DNA of 64,000 nucleotides from Acutalibacteraceae bacterium (GCA_045653445.1 JAZOLY010000005.1:1229-65228), one strand, 5' to 3'. Positions 19,976 through 29,119 are shown, numbered from the stretch's first letter. Notes: generated from the sequence alone by a model not told the origin. Made by a program: numbers and translations.

Positions 19976-20125
19976 TCAATCTTTTGTTTTAATAAGACCG
20001 AGCAGTGAAATTGCTCCAATAAGCACAATCATTACAATGAATATGCAAAGCCAACTCTCGCCTGACTTTGGAAGCACAGTAAAGAAATTCTCAAATGCTT
20101 CGGGTGTAAACATTTTATCAAACAT
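19976..20125 (-). CDS. small single-TM protein (49 aa), OadG/gamma-subunit-like; absent from the ORF track
   Basis: My own translation is MFDKMFTPEAFENFFTVLPKSGESWLCIFIVMIVLIGAISLLGLIKTKD, ending in TGA. RBS TAAGGAGG 7 nt upstream. It starts 12 nt after the beta-subunit stop. Confidence 0.6.
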   Translation of the reverse strand: MFDKMFTPEAFENFFTVLPKSGESWLCIFIVMIVLIGAISLLGLIKTKD

Positions 20126-20137
20126 AGTATAACCTCC

Positions 20138-21232
20138 TTAGAATCCTGCAAAGAGGGTAAGAATCATACCGCCTGCAATAACCGACGCAATCTGGCCTGA
20201 TACGTTAACGCCGACTGCATGCATAAGCAAGAAGTTCTGATTATCTTCTTCAAGACCCATTTTGTTGATAACACGGGCAGACATTGGGAATGCAGAAATA
20301 CCTGCAGCACCAATCATAGGATTGATTTTCTTCTTAGCAAAAATGTTATATACCTTAGCAACCATAACGCCACCAACAGTATCAAAGATAAAGGCTACGA
20401 GGCCAAGTCCAAGAATCATAAGGGTTTCAAGACGCAAGAACTTTTCACCGACCATACTTGTGGCAACAGTGATACCGAGGAAAATAGTAACAAGGTTTGC
20501 AAGTACCTTTTGAGCAGTTTCAGAAAGACTGTCAAGCACACCGCAAACACGAATAAGGTTACCAAACATCAAAAATCCAACAAGTTCAATACTTGAAGGT
20601 GCAACCAAGCCGGCAACTGCAGTGATCAAAATCGGGAACAGAATCAGAACGATTTTTGGCACTTTCTTAGCAGTATAGTCCATACGGATAAGACGTTCTT
20701 TCTTAGTAGTTACAAGCTTAATTACAGGGGGTTGAATAATTGGCACAAGAGCCATATAAGAATATGCAGCTACCATTATAGCGGACAAATAGTTAGACTG
20801 GAACTGGTTTGCGACGACAATTGATGTAGGTCCGTCTGCAGCGCCGATTATACCGATTGATGCAGCATCCTTAATATCAAAGCCGAGCAATGTTGCAGCG
20901 CACAGTGTGAAGAAAATACCAAACTGTGCTGCAGCGCCGAATATCATAAGCTTAGGATTGGTAAGCAAGGGTGTGAAGTCAATCATCGCTCCAATACCGA
21001 TAAAGAGAATCAATGGAAACAATTCGGTTGCAATACCTGCATCAAACAAAGTTTCGAGTGCAGCAACATGTGCACCCGGAAGATTGACCATTATACAGCC
21101 AAAGCCCATAGGCAAAAGCAATGTTGGCTCCATCTCAAACTTAATTGCAAGGAATACAAGAAGCGCGCCAATTGCAATCATAACGCCTTGCTGCCAAGTT
21201 ATTGACAGAATGTTTTCTAAAATAGTACTCAA
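20138..21232 (-). CDS. sodium-ion-translocating decarboxylase beta subunit (OadB/GcdB/MmdB family)
   Basis: 364 aa polytopic membrane protein. PMGFGCIMVNLPG, IGIIGAADGPTSI and AAGISAFPMSARV are typical of the family. TTG start behind RBS AGGAGG. Confidence 0.88.
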   Translation of the reverse strand: MSTILENILSITWQQGVMIAIGALLVFLAIKFEMEPTLLLPMGFGCIMVNLPGAHVAALETLFDAGIATELFPLILFIGIGAMIDFTPLLTNPKLMIFGAAAQFGIFFTLCAATLLGFDIKDAASIGIIGAADGPTSIVVANQFQSNYLSAIMVAAYSYMALVPIIQPPVIKLVTTKKERLIRMDYTAKKVPKIVLILFPILITAVAGLVAPSSIELVGFLMFGNLIRVCGVLDSLSETAQKVLANLVTIFLGITVATSMVGEKFLRLETLMILGLGLVAFIFDTVGGVMVAKVYNIFAKKKINPMIGAAGISAFPMSARVINKMGLEEDNQNFLLMHAVGVNVSGQIASVIAGGMILTLFAGF

Positions 21233-21389
21233 AACAAAACCTCCTAATTAGAACAGCAAACAGAAAGAGACTTTTATCACGCCCATTAGGTTGTGATAAA
21301 AGTCTCGCTTTTTAATACAACAGCGGGCATAATGCCGTAATGACGCCGAAGTAACGGTATTCCGTTAGCTACTCCCTTTTATTGTTATA
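21233..21389 (-). promoter_or_regulatory. structured 5' leader with intrinsic terminator (candidate riboswitch/attenuator) upstream of the decarboxylase beta gene
   Basis: The leader is about 150 nt. It contains a perfect 14-bp stem GAGACTTTTATCAC / GTGATAAAAGTCTC (21267-21280 / 21293-21306) followed by a U-rich tract. An upstream AATAAAAGGG segment could pair with CTTTTAT as an antiterminator. Extra hairpins are TAACGG-aata-CCGTTA and GGCA-tta-TGCC. Confidence 0.45.
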
Positions 21390-21419
21390 ATTATAACCGT
21401 AATTATTACAATTTGTCAA
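21390..21419 (-). promoter_or_regulatory. sigma-A promoter of the decarboxylase operon
   Basis: Minus strand reads TTGACA, 18 nt spacer, TATAAT, starting 8 nt after the thrS stop. Confidence 0.65.
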
Positions 21420-21426
21420 TATGAAT

Positions 21427-23373
21427 TTACTCAAGCTCGTTAAGTTTTTGAGCATCCTCATAAACAACCTTTTTAACAAACTCATCAGCAGGCATTGTAC
21501 CAATATCGCCCTTACCGCGCAAACGAACAGAAACAGTTCCCTCTTCTACCTCTTTATCACCCATTACAAGCATATAAGGAGTTTTTTCCATCTGTGCTTC
21601 ACGGATTTTATAGCCAATTTTTTCGTTTCTAAGGTCTGCAGAAGCGCGAATGCCGGCAGACTTCAGTTTTCCAAGAAGCTCATTTGCAGCATCGTGATGA
21701 CGGTCGGAAATAGGAAGAATGCGAACCTGCTCAGGCGACATCCAAAGAGGAAGCGCACCTGCAAACTTTTCGATAATAAGAGCAAGTGAACGCTCGTAGC
21801 AACCCAATGAAGTGCGGTGAATGATATAAGGACGACGCTTATTACCGTCAACGTCAACATATTCCATACCAAACTGTTCTGCAAGAAGTTGGTCAATTTG
21901 GATTGTGATAAGAGTATCTTCTTTGCCGAATACGTTGCGAATCTGAATGTCGAGCTTTGGTCCGTAGAAGGCGGCTTCACCAACGCCAACCTCATATTCG
22001 ACACCCAAGTCATCAAGGATTTTTGCCATAATAGACTGTGCTTCGTTCCACTGTTCTTCAGTGCCAATATACTTTTCGCGATTACTGGGGTCCCACTGAG
22101 AGAAACGATAAGAAACATCGTCAATAAGGCCGATTTTTTCAAGCATAAACTTTGCAAGTTCCAAGCAACCTCTGAACTCGTCTTCAAGTTGTTCGGGACG
22201 AAGAATCAAGTGTCCCTCTGAAATAGTGAACTGACGCACACGAATAAGACCGTGCATCTCGCCCGAATCTTCGTTACGGAACAAGGTTGAGGTTTCACCC
22301 AAGCGCATAGGCAAATCGCGATATGAACGCATACGATTAAGGAAAACTTGATACTGGAAGGGGCAAGTCATAGGACGAAGAGCACTTACCTCTTTGTCAC
22401 TTACTTCGTCACTCATAACAAACATTCCGTCATTATAATGGTCCCAGTGACCCGAAATCTTATAAAGGTCGCTCTTTGCCATAAGAGGAGTTTTTGTAAG
22501 CAAGTATCCTCTTTTAGCCTCTTCATCCTCAACAAAACGCTGAAGAATCTGAATTACCTTTGCACCTTTGGGAAGCATAATAGGTAAGCCTTGACCGATA
22601 ACATCAACAGTGGTAAAGAACTCAAGTTCACGGCCGAGTTTGTTGTGGTCACGCTTTTTAGCCTCTTCAAGCATAGCAAGATGCTCTTCAAGTTGGCTTG
22701 CCTTGGGGAATGCAGTACCGTAAACACGGCAAAGTTGCTGCTTAGATGCATCTGCACGCCAATAAGCACCTGTGCACTGAGTAAGTTTTACAGCCTTAAC
22801 CACACCTGTAGACATAAGGTGGGGGCCTGCACACAAATCTACAAAATCACCTTGCTCATAAATGGTGATGTTATCACCTTTTGCAGCGTGTTCCTCAATA
22901 AGTTCAAGCTTGTAGGTTTCACCACGTGCAGACATAATCTCTTTTGCCTCATCGGGAGTTACACTGCGACGAACAAGAGCAATATCCTCTTTAGCAATCT
23001 TTTTAATTTCGTCCTCAAGGGCAGCAAGATCATCGGGAGAAAAAGGCTTTTCCACATCAAAGTCGTAATAAAAGCCATCGTCGGTAGCGGGACCAATTGC
23101 AAGCTTGGTATTGGGATACAAACGCTTAACTGCCTGTGCCATAATATGAGCGGCTGTGTGACGGAATATATGCTTGCCGTCTTTGTCATCAAAGGTAAGA
23201 ATATCCAATTCGCAATCCCTATCAATCACAGTGCGAAGGTCACACACCTCTCCGTTTATACGGCATCCGCAAGCAGACTTGTAAAGTCCCATACCAATGT
23301 CTTTTGCAACATCTGCAGCGGTTATTGGAGCATCATAGCTCTTAACAGTTCCGCCTTTTAAAGTAATATTCAT
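21427..23373 (-). CDS. thrS: threonine--tRNA ligase
   Basis: TGS domain, editing-domain HTAAH motif, class II core (FRNEDSGEMHGLIRVRQFT) and anticodon-binding domain. Start chosen at MNITLKGG behind RBS AAAGGAAA. Confidence 0.95.
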   Translation of the reverse strand: MNITLKGGTVKSYDAPITAADVAKDIGMGLYKSACGCRINGEVCDLRTVIDRDCELDILTFDDKDGKHIFRHTAAHIMAQAVKRLYPNTKLAIGPATDDGFYYDFDVEKPFSPDDLAALEDEIKKIAKEDIALVRRSVTPDEAKEIMSARGETYKLELIEEHAAKGDNITIYEQGDFVDLCAGPHLMSTGVVKAVKLTQCTGAYWRADASKQQLCRVYGTAFPKASQLEEHLAMLEEAKKRDHNKLGRELEFFTTVDVIGQGLPIMLPKGAKVIQILQRFVEDEEAKRGYLLTKTPLMAKSDLYKISGHWDHYNDGMFVMSDEVSDKEVSALRPMTCPFQYQVFLNRMRSYRDLPMRLGETSTLFRNEDSGEMHGLIRVRQFTISEGHLILRPEQLEDEFRGCLELAKFMLEKIGLIDDVSYRFSQWDPSNREKYIGTEEQWNEAQSIMAKILDDLGVEYEVGVGEAAFYGPKLDIQIRNVFGKEDTLITIQIDQLLAEQFGMEYVDVDGNKRRPYIIHRTSLGCYERSLALIIEKFAGALPLWMSPEQVRILPISDRHHDAANELLGKLKSAGIRASADLRNEKIGYKIREAQMEKTPYMLVMGDKEVEEGTVSVRLRGKGDIGTMPADEFVKKVVYEDAQKLNELE

Positions 23374-23406
23374 ATTATCATTTCCTTTCAAGAAGCAACG
23401 CTTCAA

Positions 23407-23625
23407 AGAATTATTAACAAAAATAAAAATGCTTCATCCCAATTGTTTGGGATGAAGCATAAACTCCACGGTTCCACCCAAATTGCCGATATAAATCGAC
23501 CACTTGATACCTTTAACGCAGGCATACGGCACACCTTGTTTCAGCGGCACTCAAAGGTGGTATTCATCATAAATTTCGGTTGAGTGCTTACAGCCAACGG
23601 CACCCATTCTCTGACCGCGAAAAAT
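23407..23625 (-). promoter_or_regulatory. T-box riboswitch leader, Thr specifier (ACC)
   Basis: The minus strand carries the AGAGA GA-motif. The specifier loop reads GAAUACCACC, giving ACC followed by A. The conserved T-box sequence AAUUUGGGUGGAACCGUGG lies at 23466-23484. A terminator ATGCTTCATCCC / GGGATGAAGCAT (23429-23460) plus a U-run follows. Confidence 0.9.
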
Positions 23626-23688
23626 ATGACTACTGTCCTTTTCAACGATTTATTTAATGTTAACACCGACCATTCAAAAAGTCAATGC

Positions 23689-24594
23689 TTATTTCTTCTT
23701 TTTAATGATTATAAACAATATAACGGCCACAATAGCTATTGCCAACACACCTATACCTACCCAAATGATAACATTAGGTATACCATTTGTTTCACTGGTA
23801 TCAATCTCATCCAAACCGGCTTGTGTGCTGTTTGATGATGCAGGTTTTTTCGGTGCCTTAGATTCTGTTTGCTCAATAATCTTGCCGGATTCATCAAAAA
23901 CATCCTGAACAGTGTCTTGACCTGAATCTGCTACATCTTTAAACTTATCGTTGGTAGGTTCAACAGGCTTTGCTGAACTAACTTTATTGGACGAAACAGA
24001 TTGTTGTGAAGATGTGTTTGGTGTTGTACTTGACTGAGTCTGTGATGGTGTTTGTGACGGAATTGACGAACTAATTTCCTCATCACCACCGTTAACCTTA
24101 ACAGAAACTGATGGTGAGTTGAATCCAACCTTAAAATTAAGTTCTTCCGTATCATAATCTGTAACAATCATCGTATCAAAAGTAATATTTATGTTTGCGT
24201 CTCCGGACGACAACGCCTCAAAAGTAACTGTGTAAAAAGCACCGTTAGTATTAAATCCGGGCTTTTTCTGAGCGTTGGCGTAAGTATACACTGAACGAAG
24301 TTCACCACTCATACTGTTATGACGAATGCTACTACGAGGAACTGCCGCGTTTATGGATTTAACTGCAACTACATTTGAATCATATTTAAGATAGGCACAA
24401 AATGCGGCAAGACCGTAAGGATAATCCGAAGCATTATCAAAAGACAAGGTTACCTTGAATTCCTGACCTACATCAACAGATTCGTTGCTTGTTGTAAGAG
24501 AAACCTTTAAATCAGGAAAATCGGCAGCACTTACAGAAAAAGTAAATCCAAACATAAGGATAACAGAAAGAGCAAAAGCTAAAATTCTTTTCAT
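23689..24594 (-). CDS. cohesin-like domain surface protein with S/T/Q-rich linker and C-terminal TM anchor
   Basis: Signal peptide MKRILAFALSVILMFGFTFSVSA. An approximately 150-aa beta-sandwich-like region has a cohesin-like pattern (VGQEFKVTLSF...YLKYDSNVVAV...GAFYTVTFEALSSG). Then a low-complexity linker, a hydrophobic helix and a KKKK tail. Confidence 0.5.
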   Translation of the reverse strand: MKRILAFALSVILMFGFTFSVSAADFPDLKVSLTTSNESVDVGQEFKVTLSFDNASDYPYGLAAFCAYLKYDSNVVAVKSINAAVPRSSIRHNSMSGELRSVYTYANAQKKPGFNTNGAFYTVTFEALSSGDANINITFDTMIVTDYDTEELNFKVGFNSPSVSVKVNGGDEEISSSIPSQTPSQTQSSTTPNTSSQQSVSSNKVSSAKPVEPTNDKFKDVADSGQDTVQDVFDESGKIIEQTESKAPKKPASSNSTQAGLDEIDTSETNGIPNVIIWVGIGVLAIAIVAVILFIIIKKKK

Positions 24595-24741
24595 TTAAAC
24601 TACTCCTTAAATTTATATCTTGATTATACACTGATAAATATATATATTCAAGTAAAATTTATCTTTTATTTTAATGATAATTATGGTAAAATATAAATAC
24701 AAATTGTATTGTTAAGTTTCTAATGAATTACGGAGGTATTT

Positions 24742-25317
24742 ATGAGAATTTGTGTGTATGGAGCATCAAGCAATGATATTTCGCCCATCTTCATTGAACA
24801 AGGTGAAAAATTAGGATACGAAATGGCAAAAAGGAACATAGGGTTAACCTTTGGTGCAGGTGCAAACGGAATGATGGGCGCTGTTGCAAGAGGCATTACC
24901 AAAGGTGGCGGACATATAATTGGAGTAGCACCTAAATTCTTCAATGTTGACGGTGTTCTGTATGAAAAATGCGACGAGTTGATTCGTCCTGATACAATGC
25001 GCCAAAGAAAGCAAATTATGGAGGATAACGCTGACGGATTTATAATAACTCCCGGTGGCATAGGCACATTTGAAGAATTTTTTGAAATTTTAACGCTAAA
25101 ACAGCTTGCACAACTAAACAAGCCAATAGTTATAATGAACACTGAAGGTTATTACAACGATATGTTGAATATGATGGAAACAGCCGTAAAAAAAGATTTC
25201 ATCTTAGAGTCGGTTAAATCGCTTTACGTTGTAATGACAGAAGTAAATGATATTCTGAACTACGTTGAAAACTACATTCAAACCGAAATTGATGTAAAAC
25301 AATACAAAAAGATATAA
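24742..25317 (+). CDS. LOG family protein (TIGR00730; cytokinin-riboside-5'-monophosphate phosphoribohydrolase-like)
   Basis: The ORF begins ICVYGASS, with GAGANGMMGAVARG and the signature PGGIGTFEEFFE. Confidence 0.85.
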   Translation: MRICVYGASSNDISPIFIEQGEKLGYEMAKRNIGLTFGAGANGMMGAVARGITKGGGHIIGVAPKFFNVDGVLYEKCDELIRPDTMRQRKQIMEDNADGFIITPGGIGTFEEFFEILTLKQLAQLNKPIVIMNTEGYYNDMLNMMETAVKKDFILESVKSLYVVMTEVNDILNYVENYIQTEIDVKQYKKI

Positions 25318-25320
25318 AGC

Positions 25321-25350
25321 AAAAAAGGTCGGTTTAACCCGACCTTTTTT
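25321..25350. terminator. bidirectional terminator
   Basis: GGTCGG / CCGACC hairpin flanked by A6 and T6 runs. Confidence 0.75.
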
Positions 25351-25891
25351 ATCGTCTACGATTTCCGTATTTGCCAAAAGCATAAACTACGGGTGGAATA
25401 ACAGCAAACTGAATTAAAATTGCAGGAGTAGACTGAATTACCGCAGATGAAATAAGCATTTGCCAAGAATAAGGTGTACCAAACATTCCATACAAAGTAA
25501 AGTGAGCCAAACCAAGCACTACCCTGCCTAAAATCATTGCAACAACCAAAGAGATATAAATTGCTGCCATTTTATCGATTTTACTGCTTAACCATTTAAG
25601 CATCAATCCAAAAACAAGGCCATATGCGGCAAGTTCAAAAGCCATACATACACCTGTGGGATAAAGAACAGGTGCTCCTGCTATTATGCTGCGAAGAATC
25701 GGTGTAACGATACCTGCAACCATTCCCCACTGCCAACCGCAAACTGCACCGCAAACTATTATCGGCAGGTGCATTGGACAAAGCATCTTACCTGTTTCGG
25801 TAACATTTCCGGTAATAAACGGCAATATTATACCGACCGCGATAAACATTGCGCATAGCACCATATTAACAAACGTCGTCCTTTTTTTCAT
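25349..25891 (-). CDS. ECF transporter S (substrate-capture) component, substrate unknown
   Basis: 180 aa with about six TM helices and a CPMHLPIIVCG motif typical of ECF S components. No ECF A/T genes are adjacent. Confidence 0.65.
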   Translation of the reverse strand: MKKRTTFVNMVLCAMFIAVGIILPFITGNVTETGKMLCPMHLPIIVCGAVCGWQWGMVAGIVTPILRSIIAGAPVLYPTGVCMAFELAAYGLVFGLMLKWLSSKIDKMAAIYISLVVAMILGRVVLGLAHFTLYGMFGTPYSWQMLISSAVIQSTPAILIQFAVIPPVVYAFGKYGNRRR

Positions 25892-25900
25892 ACCAACACC

Positions 25901-27028
25901 TTAATCCAAATTAAATTTTTTTGCCAACTCTCTAACCTCTTTAAGTTTTTCAGGTATTTTTATGCCTTGAGGGCATCGATCAACACACAGTCGGCAATCA
26001 ATACAACTATCAGGTTTTGCATCGTCAGAAAGCTCGTTATAGCTTTCTTTAAAGAAAAACACGTTACCTGATATAGCGTAATCGTTATACATTCCAAACA
26101 AATTTGGAATTGCAATACCACGAGGACATTCTGAACAATACTTACATGCAGTGCAAGGTATTGTTTTTGCATCAATAAGCATTTGTTTTGCTTTAAAGAC
26201 CGCTTCCAAATCACTTTCAGTAAAAGGTTCATCATCACTTACAGACAATAAATTATCTTTAAGTGCCACCTCATCAGTCATACCGCTTAAAATACACAAA
26301 ACATTATCAAGAGATGCGACAAATCTCATCGCCCATGATGGAATTGAACGGTCAGGTCGCAATGATTTAAGCATTTTGTTGGTGTCATCCGTAAGGCTGA
26401 CAAGTCCACCACCTCTTACAGGTTCCATAACTATACAAGGCAAATCATTTTCGACCAATATTTCATACTGGCGCTTTGCATTTTGATAAGTCCAGTCAAA
26501 ATAGTTTAATTGAAGTTGTGCAAAATCCCAATCAAACTCTTTAACAATTTTTTCAAGCAAATCTATACTGCCGTGAAAAGAAAATCCCAAACGTTTTATC
26601 TTGCCGCTTTTACGGTATTCATCAAGTTTTTGGAATACACCGTATTTGACAGAGGTATTGTAAACTTCATCATTAACAGAATGCAGCAAATAGAAATCAA
26701 AATATTCGGTGTTACATTTTTTTAACTGTTCATTGAAAATTCTGTCAACATCTGCAGAATCCTTTGCAGCCCAAACAGGCATCTTATCTGCAAGATAATA
26801 ACTGTTACGAGGGTATTTAGCCAGTGCTTCAGCAAAAAACAACTCCGATTCTCCGTTATGATACATATATGCTGTGTCAAAATAATTAACGCCCGACTCA
26901 TATGCCATATCAATAAGCTTTTGTGCTTTTTCTCTATCAATTTTTCCGTCTTTTGTTGGAAATCTCATTCCACCAAATCCAAGCAAAGAAATTTTTGAGC
27001 CATCTTTTTTATATTCTCTATAATTCAT
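25901..27028 (-). CDS. aldo/keto reductase with C-terminal 4Fe-4S cluster domain (COG1453-like)
   Basis: AKR N-terminus (GFGGMRFP...DTAYMYHNGESE). The C-terminus carries CTACKYCSECP and CIDCRLCVDRCP ferredoxin motifs. Start chosen at MNYREYKK behind RBS GAGG. Confidence 0.8.
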   Translation of the reverse strand: MNYREYKKDGSKISLLGFGGMRFPTKDGKIDREKAQKLIDMAYESGVNYFDTAYMYHNGESELFFAEALAKYPRNSYYLADKMPVWAAKDSADVDRIFNEQLKKCNTEYFDFYLLHSVNDEVYNTSVKYGVFQKLDEYRKSGKIKRLGFSFHGSIDLLEKIVKEFDWDFAQLQLNYFDWTYQNAKRQYEILVENDLPCIVMEPVRGGGLVSLTDDTNKMLKSLRPDRSIPSWAMRFVASLDNVLCILSGMTDEVALKDNLLSVSDDEPFTESDLEAVFKAKQMLIDAKTIPCTACKYCSECPRGIAIPNLFGMYNDYAISGNVFFFKESYNELSDDAKPDSCIDCRLCVDRCPQGIKIPEKLKEVRELAKKFNLD

Positions 27029-27136
27029 ATTGCACAACCTCAAAAAATTTGTTATAGTATAAGGTACAGTTACAATTAAGATGATATTATACACTGTGTT
27101 TTTTGTCAACAACAATTTAAAAAAGGGGGTCATATC

Positions 27137-28153
27137 TTGCCAAAGTTTTCTTTTATAACAATTGCATTCAACGAAGAGCAATACATTAACAATTTACTTA
27201 ATGATTTAAAAGCGCAGGATTATCCCCACAACGAAATAGAAGTTATACTTGTTGACAGTAACTCTACCGACTCAACAAAAACAATTATGAACAAATTCGC
27301 AGAAAGCAGTGATTTTTTTCGCTGCTGCATACTGGATAATCCAAAAAAAGTATTAGCGTGCGGTTGGAATATTGCACTTGAAGAAGCCTGCGGTGAAGTT
27401 ATAGTCAAAATTGACGGACATGGAAGAATAGGCCCTGACTTTTTGACCAATGTTGCAAAAGAAATCGACTCAGGTGAAAACATTGTGGGTGGACAGCGCA
27501 TTACCGTGTTTGACGGCGAAACTAAATGGAGCAAGATTCTCGCCCACGCAGAATGCTCAATATTTGGCAGTGGTGTTGCATCATACCGCAGAAAATGCGA
27601 CAGAAAATATGTTAAAACTTTAGGTCACGCCGCTTATCGCAAGATTGTTTTTGATACTGTTGGCGGATTTAATGAGAATTTTGTAAGAACTGAAGATAAC
27701 GAAATTCACTACCGTATGCGTGAGGCGGGATTCAAATTCTGTCAAAGTCCCGACATTTGCTCATATTTGCACGCAAGAAGTTCACTCAAAGCGATGCTTA
27801 AACAGAAAAAAGGCAACGGTTGGTGGATTGGTCTTACCTTTCCAAAATGTCCAAAGTGCCTTTCACTTTACAACTTTGTGCCATTGGCATTTGTTGTTGC
27901 AATAATACTGTCACTTGCACTTGGCATAGTAACAGATGTATATTGGCCTCTTGCATTAGTATTGGCGTCTTACTTTTTTGCTGCTATTGGCGCAACAATA
28001 ATTGAGATAAAAAAAGAAAAAGATAAAAGTTTGTTTTTAGGCATGTTACTGTTACCAATACTTTTCTTTTTAATGCATTTATATTATGGAATTTTTACAC
28101 TTTTTGGATTATTATACTCCCCATTTTTCAAAACGAATAAGGAGAAAAAATAA
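27137..28153 (+). CDS. glycosyltransferase family 2 with C-terminal TM helices
   Basis: TTG start behind RBS AAGGGGG. FSFITIAFNEEQYI...ILVDSNSTDST and TEDNE motifs, then about 4 hydrophobic helices. Confidence 0.8.
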   Translation: MPKFSFITIAFNEEQYINNLLNDLKAQDYPHNEIEVILVDSNSTDSTKTIMNKFAESSDFFRCCILDNPKKVLACGWNIALEEACGEVIVKIDGHGRIGPDFLTNVAKEIDSGENIVGGQRITVFDGETKWSKILAHAECSIFGSGVASYRRKCDRKYVKTLGHAAYRKIVFDTVGGFNENFVRTEDNEIHYRMREAGFKFCQSPDICSYLHARSSLKAMLKQKKGNGWWIGLTFPKCPKCLSLYNFVPLAFVVAIILSLALGIVTDVYWPLALVLASYFFAAIGATIIEIKKEKDKSLFLGMLLLPILFFLMHLYYGIFTLFGLLYSPFFKTNKEKK

Positions 28154-29118
28154 TGAAATATGAAATTAACCCAACGGTTTACCGCAACATTTTTGCTGTT
28201 CCCGTTGAAGTTGCGGATAAACATATAAAACTTGCATCCCACGCCGCTTTAAAGGTTTTACTGTACGTTATGCGTAATGGTATGGAATCTATTGATGAGG
28301 TTGTTTTTAAGCAAATCGGTGTTACAAGCGTTGAATTTGACGAAGCCCTTGCCTATTGGTCTCAGGTAGGACTGCTGAAAAAATCTCAATCCGAGCCTTC
28401 AAGCGTTATCGCAAACAATTCAAACACCGATTCCCCTGCGGTTGTCAGAAACGAGCATCCCAACAGAGCTGAGGTTGCACGGCGAATTTCCGAATCAGAT
28501 GAAATTGCACACGTGTTGCGTCAGGCAGAGGCAATATACGGCCACACCCTAAAGCAAACAGAGATGTCAACTTTAATTTATATTATGGATACTCTTGGTC
28601 TCAAAGCATCCATCACACTTATGCTTCTTCAGTATGCAAATGCGGAAGGCAAATTAACACCTTCTTTTTTAGAGTCCACGGCTGTTCGTTGGGCAAACGA
28701 TGGTGTAACTTCTGTGCATGCCGCTGAAAAAGAGCTGCAAAAAGCAGATATTAAGCGTAGCGCTTGGCGTGTCGTTTGTCGCGCTATGGGTATTGAAAGC
28801 CGCAGACCCAGTAAAAAAGAAGAGGATGCATCGGTGCTTTGGGTTAATGAATGGGCGTTTTCCGATAAGATGCTGCGTCTTGCTTATGACGAATGTGTTG
28901 ACCACGTTGGAAAATTGAGCATACCATACATCAATACCATTCTTGAGAATTGGCACAAAGCAGGCATTGATACACCTGATAAGATTACTGAATCAGAGCA
29001 GAACGTATCAATCAAGGTTAAAAAGAACAACAATAAAAAGAACACTGCCGCAAGCGAAAATCCAAGTTTTGACATCAGCTTATATGAGCAGATGCTCAAC
29101 GGCAAGAAAGGAGATTAA
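28153..29118 (+). CDS. DnaD/DnaB_2 domain replication initiation / helicase-loading protein
   Basis: Two DnaD-like repeats (EMSTLIYIMDTLGL...LESTAVRWANDGVTS and MLRLAYDECV...YINTILENWHKAGIDT). The start overlaps the GT2 stop (TAATG). Confidence 0.8.
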   Translation: MKYEINPTVYRNIFAVPVEVADKHIKLASHAALKVLLYVMRNGMESIDEVVFKQIGVTSVEFDEALAYWSQVGLLKKSQSEPSSVIANNSNTDSPAVVRNEHPNRAEVARRISESDEIAHVLRQAEAIYGHTLKQTEMSTLIYIMDTLGLKASITLMLLQYANAEGKLTPSFLESTAVRWANDGVTSVHAAEKELQKADIKRSAWRVVCRAMGIESRRPSKKEEDASVLWVNEWAFSDKMLRLAYDECVDHVGKLSIPYINTILENWHKAGIDTPDKITESEQNVSIKVKKNNNKKNTAASENPSFDISLYEQMLNGKKGD

Positions 29119-29119
29119 A

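Noticed and set aside
22591-23361. 256-aa ORF on the plus strand inside thrS, plus the other long antisense ORFs at 21421-21789, 21817-22221 and 20219-21251.
   Set aside because: They are antisense to thrS and the oadB-like gene, both of which carry unambiguous family motifs. They have no RBS and odd composition, so I treat them as spurious.
28943-29119. 59-codon N-terminal extension of the DnaC-like ORF.
   Set aside because: It overlaps the 3' end of the DnaD-like gene in another frame. A strong RBS precedes the ATG at 29120.
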